A DNA stretch of 64,000 bases from Vicinamibacteria bacterium (GCA_963555995.3 OY821641.1:64001-128000); one strand, 5' to 3'; positions 40,664 through 50,789 are shown, counted from the first letter of the stretch. The notes: generated by a model from the letters alone, not told the origin. Translations and numbers: made by a program.

Positions 40664-41838
40664 TCGTCGGTGGAGGCGGGGAGGTGGGCGGGGAGGCCCT
40701 CCAGCAAGCCTTCCCGATACGGGAACAGCGCCGGGGTGCCGCCGGTGTGGAGGAAGACCACCACGTCGGTATCGCTGAATTGGCCGTTGCGCGCCATGTC
40801 GAACAGACCCGTCATGGCCTTCCCGGTATAGACCGGGTCGAGGAGGATGCCTTCGGTCCGGGCGGTCAACGCGATGGTCCCCACGACGTCCTCGTTCAGG
40901 ATGCCGTAGCCCTCGCCGACGTATTCGTCGTGGACCACCACGTCGGAGGGGCCGACCTCCACGTCGAGCCCCATCGCCTCGACCGTCTCCCGGGCGATGG
41001 CGAGCACGTTCGCTTCGCTCGGGGCCTTGCTGCCGCCGGTGCTGATCCCGATGATCCGCACGTCGGGGGCGAGCATCTTGGCCCCGACCACCAGCCCGGC
41101 CTGGGTGCTGCCGGAGCCCGAGGCGTGGACCACGTGGGTAATCGTCACGCCGGCGTCCCGCGCCTGGGCGACGAGCTCCCGGAAGCAGTTCGCGTAGGCG
41201 ACCGAGCCGAGCGGCAGGTCCATCGAGCCACCCGTGCGCGAACCGCCCACGGACACCACGTAGGGGTTCCGTCCCGCCTCGCGTTCCGTCGCGGCGATCT
41301 CGTCCACCATCGCCTCCCGGTCCTCGCCCGGCTCGATGATGCGCACGTCGGCGCCCAGGATCCGGTCCAGCAGCAGGTTGCCGTCGGCGGGCGCTACCGA
41401 CTGGTCTTCCCGGCGCGCCAGGACGAGGATCGGGTCCATGCCCAGCCGCCGGGAGCCGGCGGCGGTCATCCGCGCCCAGTTGGACTGCACGCCCGCCCAG
41501 GTGATCACGCTGTCGCTCCCCTTCGCGACCGCGTCGGCGAGGATGAAGTCGAGTTTTCTCGCCTTGTTCCCGCCGAAGGCGAGGCCGGTCTGGTCGTCGC
41601 GCTTGACGAACAGGCGGGGGCCGCCGAGTTCCGCGGCGAGCGTGGGCATCTCCTCGAAGGGGGTCGGGAGGTGGGCGAGCGGGGCCTGTTCGAAGCGGCC
41701 GACGGCGTCGTCGAAGATGGTCATGGGGTCGGTGGTGTCTCCTTCCAGGTCACCGGCGCCGGTGCCGCCGCAGGCGGAAAGGCTGGCGGCGAGGAGGGAC
41801 CCACCGGCGACCATCGAGATTGAGCGGAGTGTGTTCAC
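40660..41838 (-). CDS. D-cysteine desulfhydrase/ACC deaminase-family PLP enzyme with lipoprotein signal
   Basis: KRDD, GGNKARKL, QSN, SGSGST, LDPVYTGKA, FLHTGG. GGAGGA RBS before GTG 41838. Lipobox LSAC. Confidence 0.88.
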   Translation of the reverse strand: MNTLRSISMVAGGSLLAASLSACGGTGAGDLEGDTTDPMTIFDDAVGRFEQAPLAHLPTPFEEMPTLAAELGGPRLFVKRDDQTGLAFGGNKARKLDFILADAVAKGSDSVITWAGVQSNWARMTAAGSRRLGMDPILVLARREDQSVAPADGNLLLDRILGADVRIIEPGEDREAMVDEIAATEREAGRNPYVVSVGGSRTGGSMDLPLGSVAYANCFRELVAQARDAGVTITHVVHASGSGSTQAGLVVGAKMLAPDVRIIGISTGGSKAPSEANVLAIARETVEAMGLDVEVGPSDVVVHDEYVGEGYGILNEDVVGTIALTARTEGILLDPVYTGKAMTGLFDMARNGQFSDTDVVVFLHTGGTPALFPYREGLLEGLPAHLPASTDE

Positions 41839-42050
41839 GGGCAATCCTCCAGGACGGGCGAGTTTATGTCTGCGTGTCCCGACGGTCGTGGCTTGGAGAC
41901 TGGGGAGCGGGTAACGGCAGTGTCCACCGTCTGTGTGGGGCGAGCGGATGTCCGGTCGGCCTCGCCTATCGGAGTTGCAGCGGGTGGCGGGGCTCGCAGG
42001 CACCCCTGTCTGGGCCGGACGACGGCATTGACCCCCGATAGAATCACCTA

Positions 42051-42275
42051 ATGACCGAGTTGCTGGAAAGAGCGATTGCGAAGCTACAGACGTTGCCCGG
42101 TGATCGTCAGGACGAGGCGGCGCAGATGTTGCTGAGTCTGGTGGACGGGCCGCCCGTGGTCCGGCTCAACACGGAACAGGCTCAGGAGGTCGCTCGCCGC
42201 CTCGATACGCCGGCTCCTCGCTACTCCACCCACGAAGAGGTCACCGCCTTCTTCGGGCACAAGAGCATGCGATGA
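42051..42275 (+). CDS. Putative antitoxin
   Basis: 74 aa, MTELLERAI..LP...QD pattern. Overlaps a RelE/ParE gene. Confidence 0.7.
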   Translation: MTELLERAIAKLQTLPGDRQDEAAQMLLSLVDGPPVVRLNTEQAQEVARRLDTPAPRYSTHEEVTAFFGHKSMR

Positions 42276-42547
42276 GGCTCCGATGGCGGTTGTCCGCCAT
42301 CAGTGACCTCGCCCATATTCGCGACTACATCGCGGCCAGCAGCCCATCGGGAGCACAGGACGTCGTGGACCGCGTCCTTCGCTCGGTGGCACGTTTGCGC
42401 CTCTTCCCGCATTCAGGTCGTGTCGGTCAGGTCCACGGTACGAGGGAACTGGTCGTTCCCGGGCTCCCGTACATCGTCGTATACACCCACGATGACGAGG
42501 GTGTTGACATCGTGGCTGTTTTTCATGGCGCGCAGAAGCGTGGATGA
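42272..42547 (+). CDS. RelE/ParE-family toxin
   Basis: AISDLAHIRDYIA, FPHSGR, GTRELV, PYIVVY, VFHGAQ. Confidence 0.88.
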   Translation: MRLRWRLSAISDLAHIRDYIAASSPSGAQDVVDRVLRSVARLRLFPHSGRVGQVHGTRELVVPGLPYIVVYTHDDEGVDIVAVFHGAQKRG

Positions 42548-42710
42548 AATGTCAGGCGGCGGGGTTCGGCCCGCTCTCTGACTGCATCCGGCGCCTCCTA
42601 TTTCGCGGCCGGCTGAATCCGGGCATGTGTGGAATGGGGGCTCTGCGGGTTCAGGCGGTGCGCCGTGAGGGTGGATAGCGTCGCGACGTGCGCGGCGCGG
42701 AGCGCCGCGC

Positions 42711-42737
42711 GTGCCGGTCTGGAGACCGGCGTTCCAA
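42711..42737 (-). repeat. REP singlet
   Basis: GTGCCGGTCTGGAGACCGGCGTTCCAA. Confidence 0.75.
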
Positions 42738-42810
42738 GCCGTAGCGCCACCACGCGGGCCCGGGCCGTTCCCGCCCCTCACTAGAATTCCGGCCTCCCAG
42801 GAAGCGCTGT

Positions 42811-44418
42811 TTGGCCCGGCTCAAGTCCCATATCTCGACGGACTCCGACGAGTTCCGGGCCAACGAAGCGCATAACCGCGAACTCTGCGAGACGCTGCGG
42901 GTGCGGCTGGCCGAGGTCCGTCAGGGCGGCGGGGGCCGGGCGCGGGCCCGGCACGCCGAGCAGGGGAAGCTGTTCGTGCGGGAGCGGATCGAACGGCTCG
43001 CGGACCCCGGTTCGCCCTTCCTCGAGGTCGGCCCGCTCGCCGCGCACGACTGCTACGACGCCCCGACGCCGGCCGCCGGGCTCGTCACCGGGGTGGCCTC
43101 GGTCTCCGGCCGCCTGGTCATGGTGGTCGCGAACGACGCCACCGTGAAGGGCGGGACCTACTACCCGCTGACCGTCAAGAAGCATCTCCGCGCCCAGGAG
43201 ATCGCGGCCCGCTGCGAACTACCGTGCGTCTATCTGGTGGACAGCGGGGGCGCGTTCCTACCGCTCCAGGCCGAGGTCTTTCCCGACCGCGACCACTTCG
43301 GGCGGATCTTCCGCAACCAGGCGGTGATGAGCGCCCGCGGCATTCCGCAGCTCGCGGCGGTGATGGGCATGTGCACCGCCGGCGGCGCCTACGTCCCCGC
43401 CATGAGCGACGAGGCCGTCATCGTCGAGGGCACCGGGACCATCTACCTCGGCGGCCCGCCGCTCGTCAAGGCCGCCACCGGCGAGGTGGTGAGCCCCGAG
43501 GAACTCGGCGGCGCCCGGGTCCACACCGAACATTCCGGGGTGGCGGACCACCTCGCCGAGGACGACGACGCGGCCATCCGGATTGTGCGGGAGGCGGTCG
43601 GCAGGCTGCCGGTGGGGACCGAACGGCCCGTCCGCGACGCCGACCCCGAGCCACCCGACTACCCCGAGGACGAGATCCTCGGTATCTGGCCCCGTGACCG
43701 CCGGGTCCGGGTGGACATCCGCGAGACGCTCGCCCGGCTCCTCGACGGGAGCCGGCTCGACGAGTTCAAGGCGCGCTACGGGACCACGCTGGTGACCGGT
43801 TTCGGCCGCATCGAGGGGATCACGGTGGGGGTCGTGGCCAGCAACGGGGTCCTCTTCAGTGAGAGCGGCCTGAAGGGCGCGCACTTCGTCCAGCTCTGCG
43901 CCCGCGAGGGCCTGCCGCTGCTCTTCGTCCAGGACATCACCGGGTTCATGGTCGGGGCGCGCTACGAACGGGGCGGGATCGCCAAGGACGGCGCGAAGAT
44001 GGTGAACGCGGTCGCCACCGCCGAGGTCCCAAAGATCACGCTCATCGCGGGCGGCAGCTTCGGGGCGGGGAACTACGCGATGTGCGGGCGGGCCTATGAC
44101 CCGGCGTTCGTCTGGTCGTGGCCGGCGAGCCGCATCTCGGTGATGGGCGGCGAACAGGCCGCCTCCGTCCTGGTCCAGGTCAAGCGCGACCAGCGCGAGC
44201 GCGCCGGCGAGGAGCTGAGCGGCGCGGAGGCCGAGGAGATCGCCGCGCCCGTCCGGGAGAAGTACGAACGCGAGGGGAGCGCGTACTACGCGACCGCGCG
44301 TCTCTGGGACGACGGCATCGTGGACATGCGGAACACGCGCCGGACCCTCGCCCTGAGCCTGGCGGCGGCCGCGAACGCTCCCGTCCGGGATTCCGGGCAC
44401 GGCATCTTCCGGATGTAG
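42811..44418 (+). CDS. Methylcrotonyl/geranyl-CoA carboxylase beta (carboxyltransferase) subunit
   Basis: [43 protein letters not shown]. Confidence 0.92.
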   Translation: MARLKSHISTDSDEFRANEAHNRELCETLRVRLAEVRQGGGGRARARHAEQGKLFVRERIERLADPGSPFLEVGPLAAHDCYDAPTPAAGLVTGVASVSGRLVMVVANDATVKGGTYYPLTVKKHLRAQEIAARCELPCVYLVDSGGAFLPLQAEVFPDRDHFGRIFRNQAVMSARGIPQLAAVMGMCTAGGAYVPAMSDEAVIVEGTGTIYLGGPPLVKAATGEVVSPEELGGARVHTEHSGVADHLAEDDDAAIRIVREAVGRLPVGTERPVRDADPEPPDYPEDEILGIWPRDRRVRVDIRETLARLLDGSRLDEFKARYGTTLVTGFGRIEGITVGVVASNGVLFSESGLKGAHFVQLCAREGLPLLFVQDITGFMVGARYERGGIAKDGAKMVNAVATAEVPKITLIAGGSFGAGNYAMCGRAYDPAFVWSWPASRISVMGGEQAASVLVQVKRDQRERAGEELSGAEAEEIAAPVREKYEREGSAYYATARLWDDGIVDMRNTRRTLALSLAAAANAPVRDSGHGIFRM

Positions 44419-44438
44419 GGATCGGGAACGCCCGCATC

Positions 44439-46322
44439 GTGAAGCGCACCGTCCGGGTCGGCAACGCCGGCGGCTACTGGGGGGACGACCCGCGGGCGCT
44501 CCGCTCCCAGGTGCTGGGGCCGGAGCCTCCCGAGTTCGTGACCGCGGACTTCCTGGCCGAGATCACGATGAGCATCCTGCAGAAGCAGCGCGCCCGCGAT
44601 CCCGAGGCCGGCTATGCCCGTGACTTCGTGACCCAGCTCGCTCCGCTCCTCGGCGCCGTCCGGGAACGCGGGATCACCGTGATCACGAACGCCGGCGGGG
44701 TGAATCCCGGGGGCTGCGCCCGCGCGGTGCTCCGCGCAGCGATCGAGGCGGGAGTCGAGTTGACGGTGGCGGTGGTGGACGGCGATGACCTGACGGGCCG
44801 GCTGGACGCGCTCCTCGACGACGGAGTCGGTTTCGACAACCTGGAGACCGGCGCTCCGTTCGGACCCCGGCGAGCCGACGTCCTGTCGGCGAACGCCTAC
44901 TTCGGCGCCGAGCCGATCGTCCGGGCGCTCGCGCACTGCCCGGACGTGGTGGTCACGGGGCGCGTCACGGACACCGGAATCACCCTCGCCCCCATCCGGC
45001 ACGCCCTCGGCTGGGACCCCCGTGACTGGGACCGCATCGCGGGCGGCATCGTGGCCGGTCACCTCATCGAGTGCGGGGTGCAGGCCACCGGCGGGAACTT
45101 CACCGACTGGGAGCGGGTTCCGGGACTCGGCAACGAGGGCTTCCCGGTGGTCGAGGTCGAGGAAGACGGGGCCTTCGTGCTCACGAAGCAGCCGGGTACC
45201 GGCGGCCTGGTCTCGCCCGCGGTGGTCCGGGAACAACTGCTCTACGAGATGGGCGACCCGGAGCGTTACCTGTGCCCGGATGCGACCGTGGACTTCTCCG
45301 GTCTCACCGTGGCGGCTGCCGGGGAGGACCGGGTGCGCGTCCGGGGGGCGCGGGGCGGGCCGCCTCCCGGCGACCTCAAGGTGAGCGCGTCGGTCCGCGG
45401 GGGCTTCAGCGTCCGGGGCAGTCTGGTGGTCGGCGGCCCGGACGTGGGGCCGAAGGCGGCGGCGCTTGCGGCCGCCTTCCGGGATCGGCTCCGGGACGAC
45501 TGCGACGCGGCGAGCGTTCCGTTCCCAGCCGAGTTCCGGGCGGACGTGGTGGGCGCGGACGCCGCGCAGCGGGGGCTGGCCGATGCGGCGCGCCCCGATC
45601 CGTCGGAGGGCCTCGTCCGCTTCGCGGCGTGGAGCCCCGCCCGGGAACCGCTCCAGGTCTTCCGCAAGCTGCTTCCGAGCCTCATCCTGAGCGGCCCGGC
45701 GGGGCTCGCGGTCACCGGAGGCGCCCCGGCGATCTCCGAGGTGGTCGGCTACTGGCCCGCGCTCGTTCCCCGCGACCGGGTCGCGGCCGCGGTCCGGGTG
45801 ATCCGGGTGTCCGCCGGCGGCGCCGAAGCGGTGGTGGCCGAAGAGGAGGTTCCGTTCGCGGGACCGGCCGGGGAGACCTCGCGTCCGTCCCGCACCACAC
45901 CGGCGCCGGACTTTCCCGGGACCGGCCCCGTCGTCGAGGCGCCACTCGGCGCCGTGGCGCACGCGCGCAGCGGGGACAAGGGGGACGCCGCCAACATCGG
46001 CATCATCGGACGGAGCGCGGCCTGCTACGGCTGGCTCGCGGAGAACCTGTCCGCGGCGGTGGTGTCCGACTGGGTCCGGGAGGTGGCGGAGGGACCGGTC
46101 ACCCGCTACGAGGTGCCCGGGCTCTGGGCGCTCAACTTCATCCTGGAGCGGGCGCTCGGGGGCGGCGGGACCCGCAGCCTGCTGCTCGATCCGCAGGGGA
46201 AGACGCTGGCGCAGGGCATCCTCCGCCAGCGGGTGCGCATCCCGGCCGCGCTCCTTGCCACCATCGCTCCCGGGAACCGCCCGCTGTCTCCCGCGTTCGC
46301 CTCGCCCGCTTCCGCTCCATGA
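44439..46322 (+). CDS. AtuA-family acyclic terpene utilisation protein
   Basis: GYWGD, DFLAEITM, GRVTD, HLIECG, EQLLYE, ARSGDKG, DPQGK. Confidence 0.88.
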   Translation: MKRTVRVGNAGGYWGDDPRALRSQVLGPEPPEFVTADFLAEITMSILQKQRARDPEAGYARDFVTQLAPLLGAVRERGITVITNAGGVNPGGCARAVLRAAIEAGVELTVAVVDGDDLTGRLDALLDDGVGFDNLETGAPFGPRRADVLSANAYFGAEPIVRALAHCPDVVVTGRVTDTGITLAPIRHALGWDPRDWDRIAGGIVAGHLIECGVQATGGNFTDWERVPGLGNEGFPVVEVEEDGAFVLTKQPGTGGLVSPAVVREQLLYEMGDPERYLCPDATVDFSGLTVAAAGEDRVRVRGARGGPPPGDLKVSASVRGGFSVRGSLVVGGPDVGPKAAALAAAFRDRLRDDCDAASVPFPAEFRADVVGADAAQRGLADAARPDPSEGLVRFAAWSPAREPLQVFRKLLPSLILSGPAGLAVTGGAPAISEVVGYWPALVPRDRVAAAVRVIRVSAGGAEAVVAEEEVPFAGPAGETSRPSRTTPAPDFPGTGPVVEAPLGAVAHARSGDKGDAANIGIIGRSAACYGWLAENLSAAVVSDWVREVAEGPVTRYEVPGLWALNFILERALGGGGTRSLLLDPQGKTLAQGILRQRVRIPAALLATIAPGNRPLSPAFASPASAP

Positions 46323-47185
46323 GTTCTCCGAATCTGCACCTTGATTTCGAAGCGGACGGCGTCGTCCGCCTCACGCTCCGGCGGCCGGAGGCGCGGAACG
46401 CGCTGACCCCGGCGATGGTCGCCGGGATTCCGAGCCTGCTGGAGGAGCTTGCCGCGCTTCCGTCCGAGCGGTGCCGGGTGGTCGTGCTGCGGGGCGAGGG
46501 GAAGGTGTTCTGCGCCGGCGCCGACCTGAAGGCGATGCGCGCATCGGGGCAGGCGAGCGAAGCGGAGAACCGCGAGGACGCGCGGCGCTTCGCGACGCTC
46601 TTTCGGTCGGTCGCCGCGTTTCCGGCCCCGGTGGTCGCGGCGGTCCAGGGAGCGGCGCTCGGGGGCGGCTTCGGGCTCGTGGTGTGCGCGGACCACGTGG
46701 TCGCGGAGGAGACGGCCCGCTTCGGAACTCCGGAAGCGCGGCTCGGGCTCGTCCCGGCGGTCATCTCCCCCTACGTGGTGCGCCGCCTCGGCCCGGGCCG
46801 AGCCGGTCCGTACCTGCTCGGGGGCGCCGTTTCCCAGGGGCTCGGCGCGCTCGCGGCCGGAATCGCCCACGAGCTGGCGCCGGTCGGAGGGCTCGAGGAT
46901 GTGCTTCAGCAGACGCTGGGACGATTCCTCCAGAACGCTCCCCGCGCGGTGCGCGAGGCCAAGTCCCTCATGTTGCGGGAGGCGCCGCTCCCGCCGCCGG
47001 ACATCGAGGAGCTGACCATCCGCACCATCGCCGAAGCGCGGGCCTCCGAAGAAGGGCAGGCGGGAACGAAGACGTTCTTCGCGAAGGTCCCGCCGCCCTG
47101 GGCGCCCGGGAGCGCCGGTCTTCAGACCGGCACCGCCGACCGCAGGGAGGCGAAACCCGGCCGCGGCAGAACGAACCGACGTTGA
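46319..47185 (+). CDS. Enoyl-CoA hydratase (methylglutaconyl/isohexenylglutaconyl-CoA hydratase-like)
   Basis: RPEARNA, FCAGADL, ALGGG, EARLGLVPAVISPYV. The tail is encoded by a REP. Confidence 0.88.
   Translation: MSSPNLHLDFEADGVVRLTLRRPEARNALTPAMVAGIPSLLEELAALPSERCRVVVLRGEGKVFCAGADLKAMRASGQASEAENREDARRFATLFRSVAAFPAPVVAAVQGAALGGGFGLVVCADHVVAEETARFGTPEARLGLVPAVISPYVVRRLGPGRAGPYLLGGAVSQGLGALAAGIAHELAPVGGLEDVLQQTLGRFLQNAPRAVREAKSLMLREAPLPPPDIEELTIRTIAEARASEEGQAGTKTFFAKVPPPWAPGSAGLQTGTADRREAKPGRGRTNRR
47108..47156 (+). repeat. REP + hairpin embedded in the hydratase 3' end
   Basis: Exact REP, translated as GSAGLQTGT. The downstream arm matches 62320-62345 on the minus strand. Confidence 0.85.
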
Positions 47186-47186
47186 C

Positions 47187-49139
47187 GTGCACTCGGCTCC
47201 CCCGCGGCTGCTGATCGCGAATCGCGGCGAGATCGCCCGGCGGATCCTCCGTTCCGCCCGGGCGCGCGGCTGCCGGGTGGCCGTCGTCTCGACCGCCGCC
47301 GACCGCGGGACTCCGGTGCGGGACGAGGCCGATCGGGTCTTCGAGGTTCCGGGTTTTCTGGACGGTGGCGCCATCGTCGCCGCGGCCACCGGCTGGGACG
47401 CCGGACTGCTGCATCCCGGATACGGGTTCCTCTCGGAGAGTGCGTCGTTCGCCGAAGCGGTCGAGGCGGCGGGAATCGCGTTCGTCGGTCCGACGGCGAA
47501 GAGCATGCGCCGCCTCGGCGACAAGGAGGCGGCTCGCCGGACCGCCATCGCGGCCGGGGTTCCGGTGCTGCCCTCGCTCGACTCGGAGGGGCTCGCTTCG
47601 GAACCGGATCCGGCGGCGGCCGTGGAACGCGCCGGGGTGGGTTTCCCCTGCGCCGTGAAGGCGGCGGCGGGCGGCGGCGGCATCGGCATCCGGGTGGTCC
47701 GCCGCCGCGAAGCGCTGGCCGAGGCGCTCTCGGTGGCCGCCTCCGAGGCCCGCGCGGCGTTCGGCGACGGCCGCGTCTATGTCGAGCGCTGGCTCGACCG
47801 CCCGCGTCACGTCGAGATCCAGGTCCTCGGCGACGGGCGGGGAGCGGGAATCCACCTGGGCGAGCGGGAGTGCTCCGTCCAGCGCCGGCGGCAGAAGCTC
47901 CTGGAGTGGGCTCCGGGATTCGGCATCACGGCGGATCTGCGCGCCCGGATGGGCGAAGCCGCGCTGCGGCTGGTGACCGCGAGCCGCTACCGGGGGGCGG
48001 GGACGGTCGAGTTCCTGCTCGAACCGGACGGAGCCTTCCACTTCCTTGAGGTGAATACCCGGCTCCAGGTGGAACACCCGGTCACCGAGGCGATCTACCG
48101 GGTGGATCTCGTGGATGCGCAACTGGAGATTGCCACCGGAGGATGGCCCGCCGCGCTGCCGGCTCCGGTGTCCCGGGCGGAGTCGTTCGAACCCCTCCCG
48201 CCCCGCGGGGCGGCCTTCGAAGCGCGGATCGTCGCCGAGTCGCCGCGGAACGGATTCGCGCCCAGTCCCGGACATCTCCGCCGCTACCGGGAGCCCGAGG
48301 CGGACGGTGTGAGGGTTGACTCCGGGGTCGTCGAGGGCAGTCTGGTTCCTCCCGGCTTCGACTCCCTGATGGCGAAGGTCATCGCCTCCGGCGACTCGCA
48401 CGCCGCCGCGGCGGCGCGGCTCGCCTCCGCGCTCGAAGGGACCGTGATCCACGGGGTGGAGACGAACGCTTCGCTCATGATCTCCGTGCTGCGGCACCCG
48501 GACCTGCTCGGCGAACGCGTTCACGCCGGTTGGCTGGAGGAGCGCATCGAGGAGCTCGCCGCTTCCCGGCTCGCCCCCGAGGTGACGGCGCTCCTCGGCC
48601 GCGAAGGGGTGGCGGACGCGGTGGCGGCGGCCGCCTCGCGCCGGCGGACAAGCGAGGGCGCGCGCGTCTTCCGGTCGCTCGGCCGCTCGGAGAACTTCCC
48701 CGGCATGGAACCGGGCAGCCGCCCCGGCGACGTGGTGCTGTGCGGCCCCCCGGTCCGGGAGAGCGGCGCCGGCGAGGTGTTGACGCTGGCCGCGACGGCG
48801 CTCGCCGGCGGGCGCGCACTGGCGGTCACGGTGGGCGGTGAGACGCTGACTCTGCCGCTCTCCCGCGAGGGCGGGAAAGCGGCGACCCGGGCCGGTTCCG
48901 GCGAGGTCCGGGCCCCCCTCGCCGGCCAGGTCATCCGCATCCTCAGCGCCGGCAGCAGCGTCCACGAAGGCGACGTGGTCGCCGTGATCGAGTCCATGAA
49001 GATGCACTGGGAGATCCGCGCGCCGGCGAGCGGGACCCTGGCCGACATCGGCGCGAAAGCCGGAGACGCTGTCGCCGCCGGAGCGCTGTTGGTCCGGATT
49101 GCGGAGGATGGGGTAGGCTCGGTCCCGGAATCAGGATGA
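47187..49139 (+). CDS. Biotin carboxylase-BCCP (acyl-CoA carboxylase alpha subunit)
   Basis: LIANRGEIA, HPGYGFLSE, RECSVQRR, EVNTRLQVEH, and ESMKM biotinylation motif. Confidence 0.92.
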   Translation: MHSAPPRLLIANRGEIARRILRSARARGCRVAVVSTAADRGTPVRDEADRVFEVPGFLDGGAIVAAATGWDAGLLHPGYGFLSESASFAEAVEAAGIAFVGPTAKSMRRLGDKEAARRTAIAAGVPVLPSLDSEGLASEPDPAAAVERAGVGFPCAVKAAAGGGGIGIRVVRRREALAEALSVAASEARAAFGDGRVYVERWLDRPRHVEIQVLGDGRGAGIHLGERECSVQRRRQKLLEWAPGFGITADLRARMGEAALRLVTASRYRGAGTVEFLLEPDGAFHFLEVNTRLQVEHPVTEAIYRVDLVDAQLEIATGGWPAALPAPVSRAESFEPLPPRGAAFEARIVAESPRNGFAPSPGHLRRYREPEADGVRVDSGVVEGSLVPPGFDSLMAKVIASGDSHAAAAARLASALEGTVIHGVETNASLMISVLRHPDLLGERVHAGWLEERIEELAASRLAPEVTALLGREGVADAVAAAASRRRTSEGARVFRSLGRSENFPGMEPGSRPGDVVLCGPPVRESGAGEVLTLAATALAGGRALAVTVGGETLTLPLSREGGKAATRAGSGEVRAPLAGQVIRILSAGSSVHEGDVVAVIESMKMHWEIRAPASGTLADIGAKAGDAVAAGALLVRIAEDGVGSVPESG

Positions 49140-49399
49140 ACCACAGAATCACCACCGGCATCGGTGAGTTCATGTCCCGTGATTGGCAGCGGGTACGTGA
49201 CTTCAAGGACGACTATTGGGCCGGGCGAATCGAAAGGTTCGGGCCTCTCGAAGGACTGCGGATCGCCGACGAGTTGCGCCGACAGGCGATCCTCGCGAAC
49301 CCGGACTGGCCGGATGCGGCGAGCCGCCGTGAAGACCTGGACTCCCACATCCGCCTGGCCGACCTGTTCGCGCTCGCCGATGCAGCCCGCCGGCCCTGA
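49136..49399 (+). CDS. Small hypothetical protein, partner of the downstream nucleotidyltransferase
   Basis: 87 aa, overlaps both neighbours. Confidence 0.65.
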   Translation: MNHRITTGIGEFMSRDWQRVRDFKDDYWAGRIERFGPLEGLRIADELRRQAILANPDWPDAASRREDLDSHIRLADLFALADAARRP

Positions 49400-49949
49400 G
49401 CTGCTGGCCGCGCTGGCGGCGGTCCTGAACCGATGGGGCCGCTGGTACCTGTTCGGTGCCCAGGCGGTCGTCGCGCATGGCGTGCCCCGGCTGAGCGCTG
49501 ACGTTGATGTCACGCTGCGCCTCGCTCCCGACCAACCGGATCAGTTCGTACGCGACATGGAGGCCGCCGGATTCGCGCTTGCCATCCAGGATACGGACTT
49601 TGTTCGGGAAACGCGCGTGATGCCGTTCGTCCATACCGCCACGGCCTTCCCGCTCGATGTCGTGTTCGCCGGGTCCGGCCTCGAGGACGAGTTTCTCGAG
49701 CGGGCGAAGACGACGGACATCGGCGGCGTGCCGGTTCCGTTGATTGACGTGGCGGATCTGGTGATTTCCAAGATTCTCGCGGGTCGCCCCAAGGACATCG
49801 AGGACGCGCGGAGCCTCTGGCGTCTGCACGGACCCGCAGTGGACCACCGCCGAATCCGGCATCTGTTGCGATCCCTCGAAGCGGCGCTCGACCGGAGCGA
49901 TCTCGTAGCCAGCTTCGAGACCATGCGGCGGACTACCGCGCCGCGCTGA
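49380..49949 (+). CDS. Pol-beta-like nucleotidyltransferase (AbiEii/DUF6036-like)
   Basis: GAQAV..HG.PRLSADVD, LDV, and K..AGRPKDIED. Confidence 0.8.
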   Translation: MQPAGPELLAALAAVLNRWGRWYLFGAQAVVAHGVPRLSADVDVTLRLAPDQPDQFVRDMEAAGFALAIQDTDFVRETRVMPFVHTATAFPLDVVFAGSGLEDEFLERAKTTDIGGVPVPLIDVADLVISKILAGRPKDIEDARSLWRLHGPAVDHRRIRHLLRSLEAALDRSDLVASFETMRRTTAPR

Positions 49950-49963
49950 TCCGCGGAACGGCG

Positions 49964-49989
49964 GGGAGCGCCGGTGTTCACACCGGCAT
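49964..49989 (+). repeat. REP singlet (compensatory variant)
   Basis: GGGAGCGCCGGTGTTCACACCGGCAT. Confidence 0.75.
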
Positions 49990-50102
49990 CGTGGCCGAAG
50001 GCCACGCGAAGTGTGGTGCATGTCGGTGTGAAGGGGCGCATGTGTTCGCCGCGGGCGTCCGACCGTTTTGGGTTGCACGCGCTCCCGGGAAATCATGAGA
50101 GG

Positions 50103-50369
50103 ATGGCTCCCATGACGAAGCTGGCCGACGCGCGTGTATCGCTGAGGTTGCCCGCCTCGCTGAAGGCGGAAGCGGAGCGGCAGGCGCGGCGGAATGGGGT
50201 CTCGCTTAACCAGTTCATTGCGACGGCGCTCGCCGAAAAGGTCGGTGCGCATGGCGCTGCGGCTTTCTTTGCGGAAAGAGCGCATGGCGGTTCGGCGGCG
50301 AGAGCGATCGCCTTTCTCCGCGCGGTGCCGGACACGCCACCGGACGATCAGGACGCGCGGCGTTCCTGA
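50103..50369 (+). CDS. HicB/Arc-like ribbon-helix-helix protein (orphan antitoxin-like)
   Basis: VSLRLPASLK...GVSLNQFIATALAEK. Confidence 0.8.
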   Translation: MAPMTKLADARVSLRLPASLKAEAERQARRNGVSLNQFIATALAEKVGAHGAAAFFAERAHGGSAARAIAFLRAVPDTPPDDQDARRS

Positions 50370-50451
50370 TCGTGCCGGCCCCCCCGGCGTCCTCGGGGGT
50401 GACCCAGTCTTGGATGTCGCCAGGCGACGCCGTCCTGCCTGTCGCCTGACA

Positions 50452-50789
50452 CGGAAAGACCGTAGAACCCGGGGGGCCGGTCACCGGAAAGACCGTAGAA
50501 CCGGGAGTCGGTGGGCGAAAAGACCGTAGAACCCGAGGAACCGGCAGGCGGAAAGACCGTAGAACCGGGGACCGGCGGGGGAAAAGACCGTAGAACCGGG
50601 GGGCCGGTGGGCGGAAAGACCGTAGAACCGCGGAACCGGCAGGCGGAAAGACCGTAGAACCGGGAGTCGGTGGGTGAAAAGACCGTAGAACCCGAGAGAC
50701 CGGCGGACGGAAAGACCGTAGAACCGCGGAACCGGCAGGCGGAAAGACCGTAGAACTGGGGAGCCGGTGGTCGAAGAGACCGTAGAACC
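50452..50789. repeat. Tandem array of 11 x ~18-bp core (CGGAAAGACCGTAGAACC), mean period 32 bp
   Basis: Eleven cores counted, separated by 13-15 bp linkers that resemble each other. Confidence 0.92.

Noticed and set aside
50452-50789. CRISPR array call
   Set aside because: The repeat is only about 18 bp, the linkers are 13-15 bp, similar to each other and duplicated, and there are no cas genes in the window.
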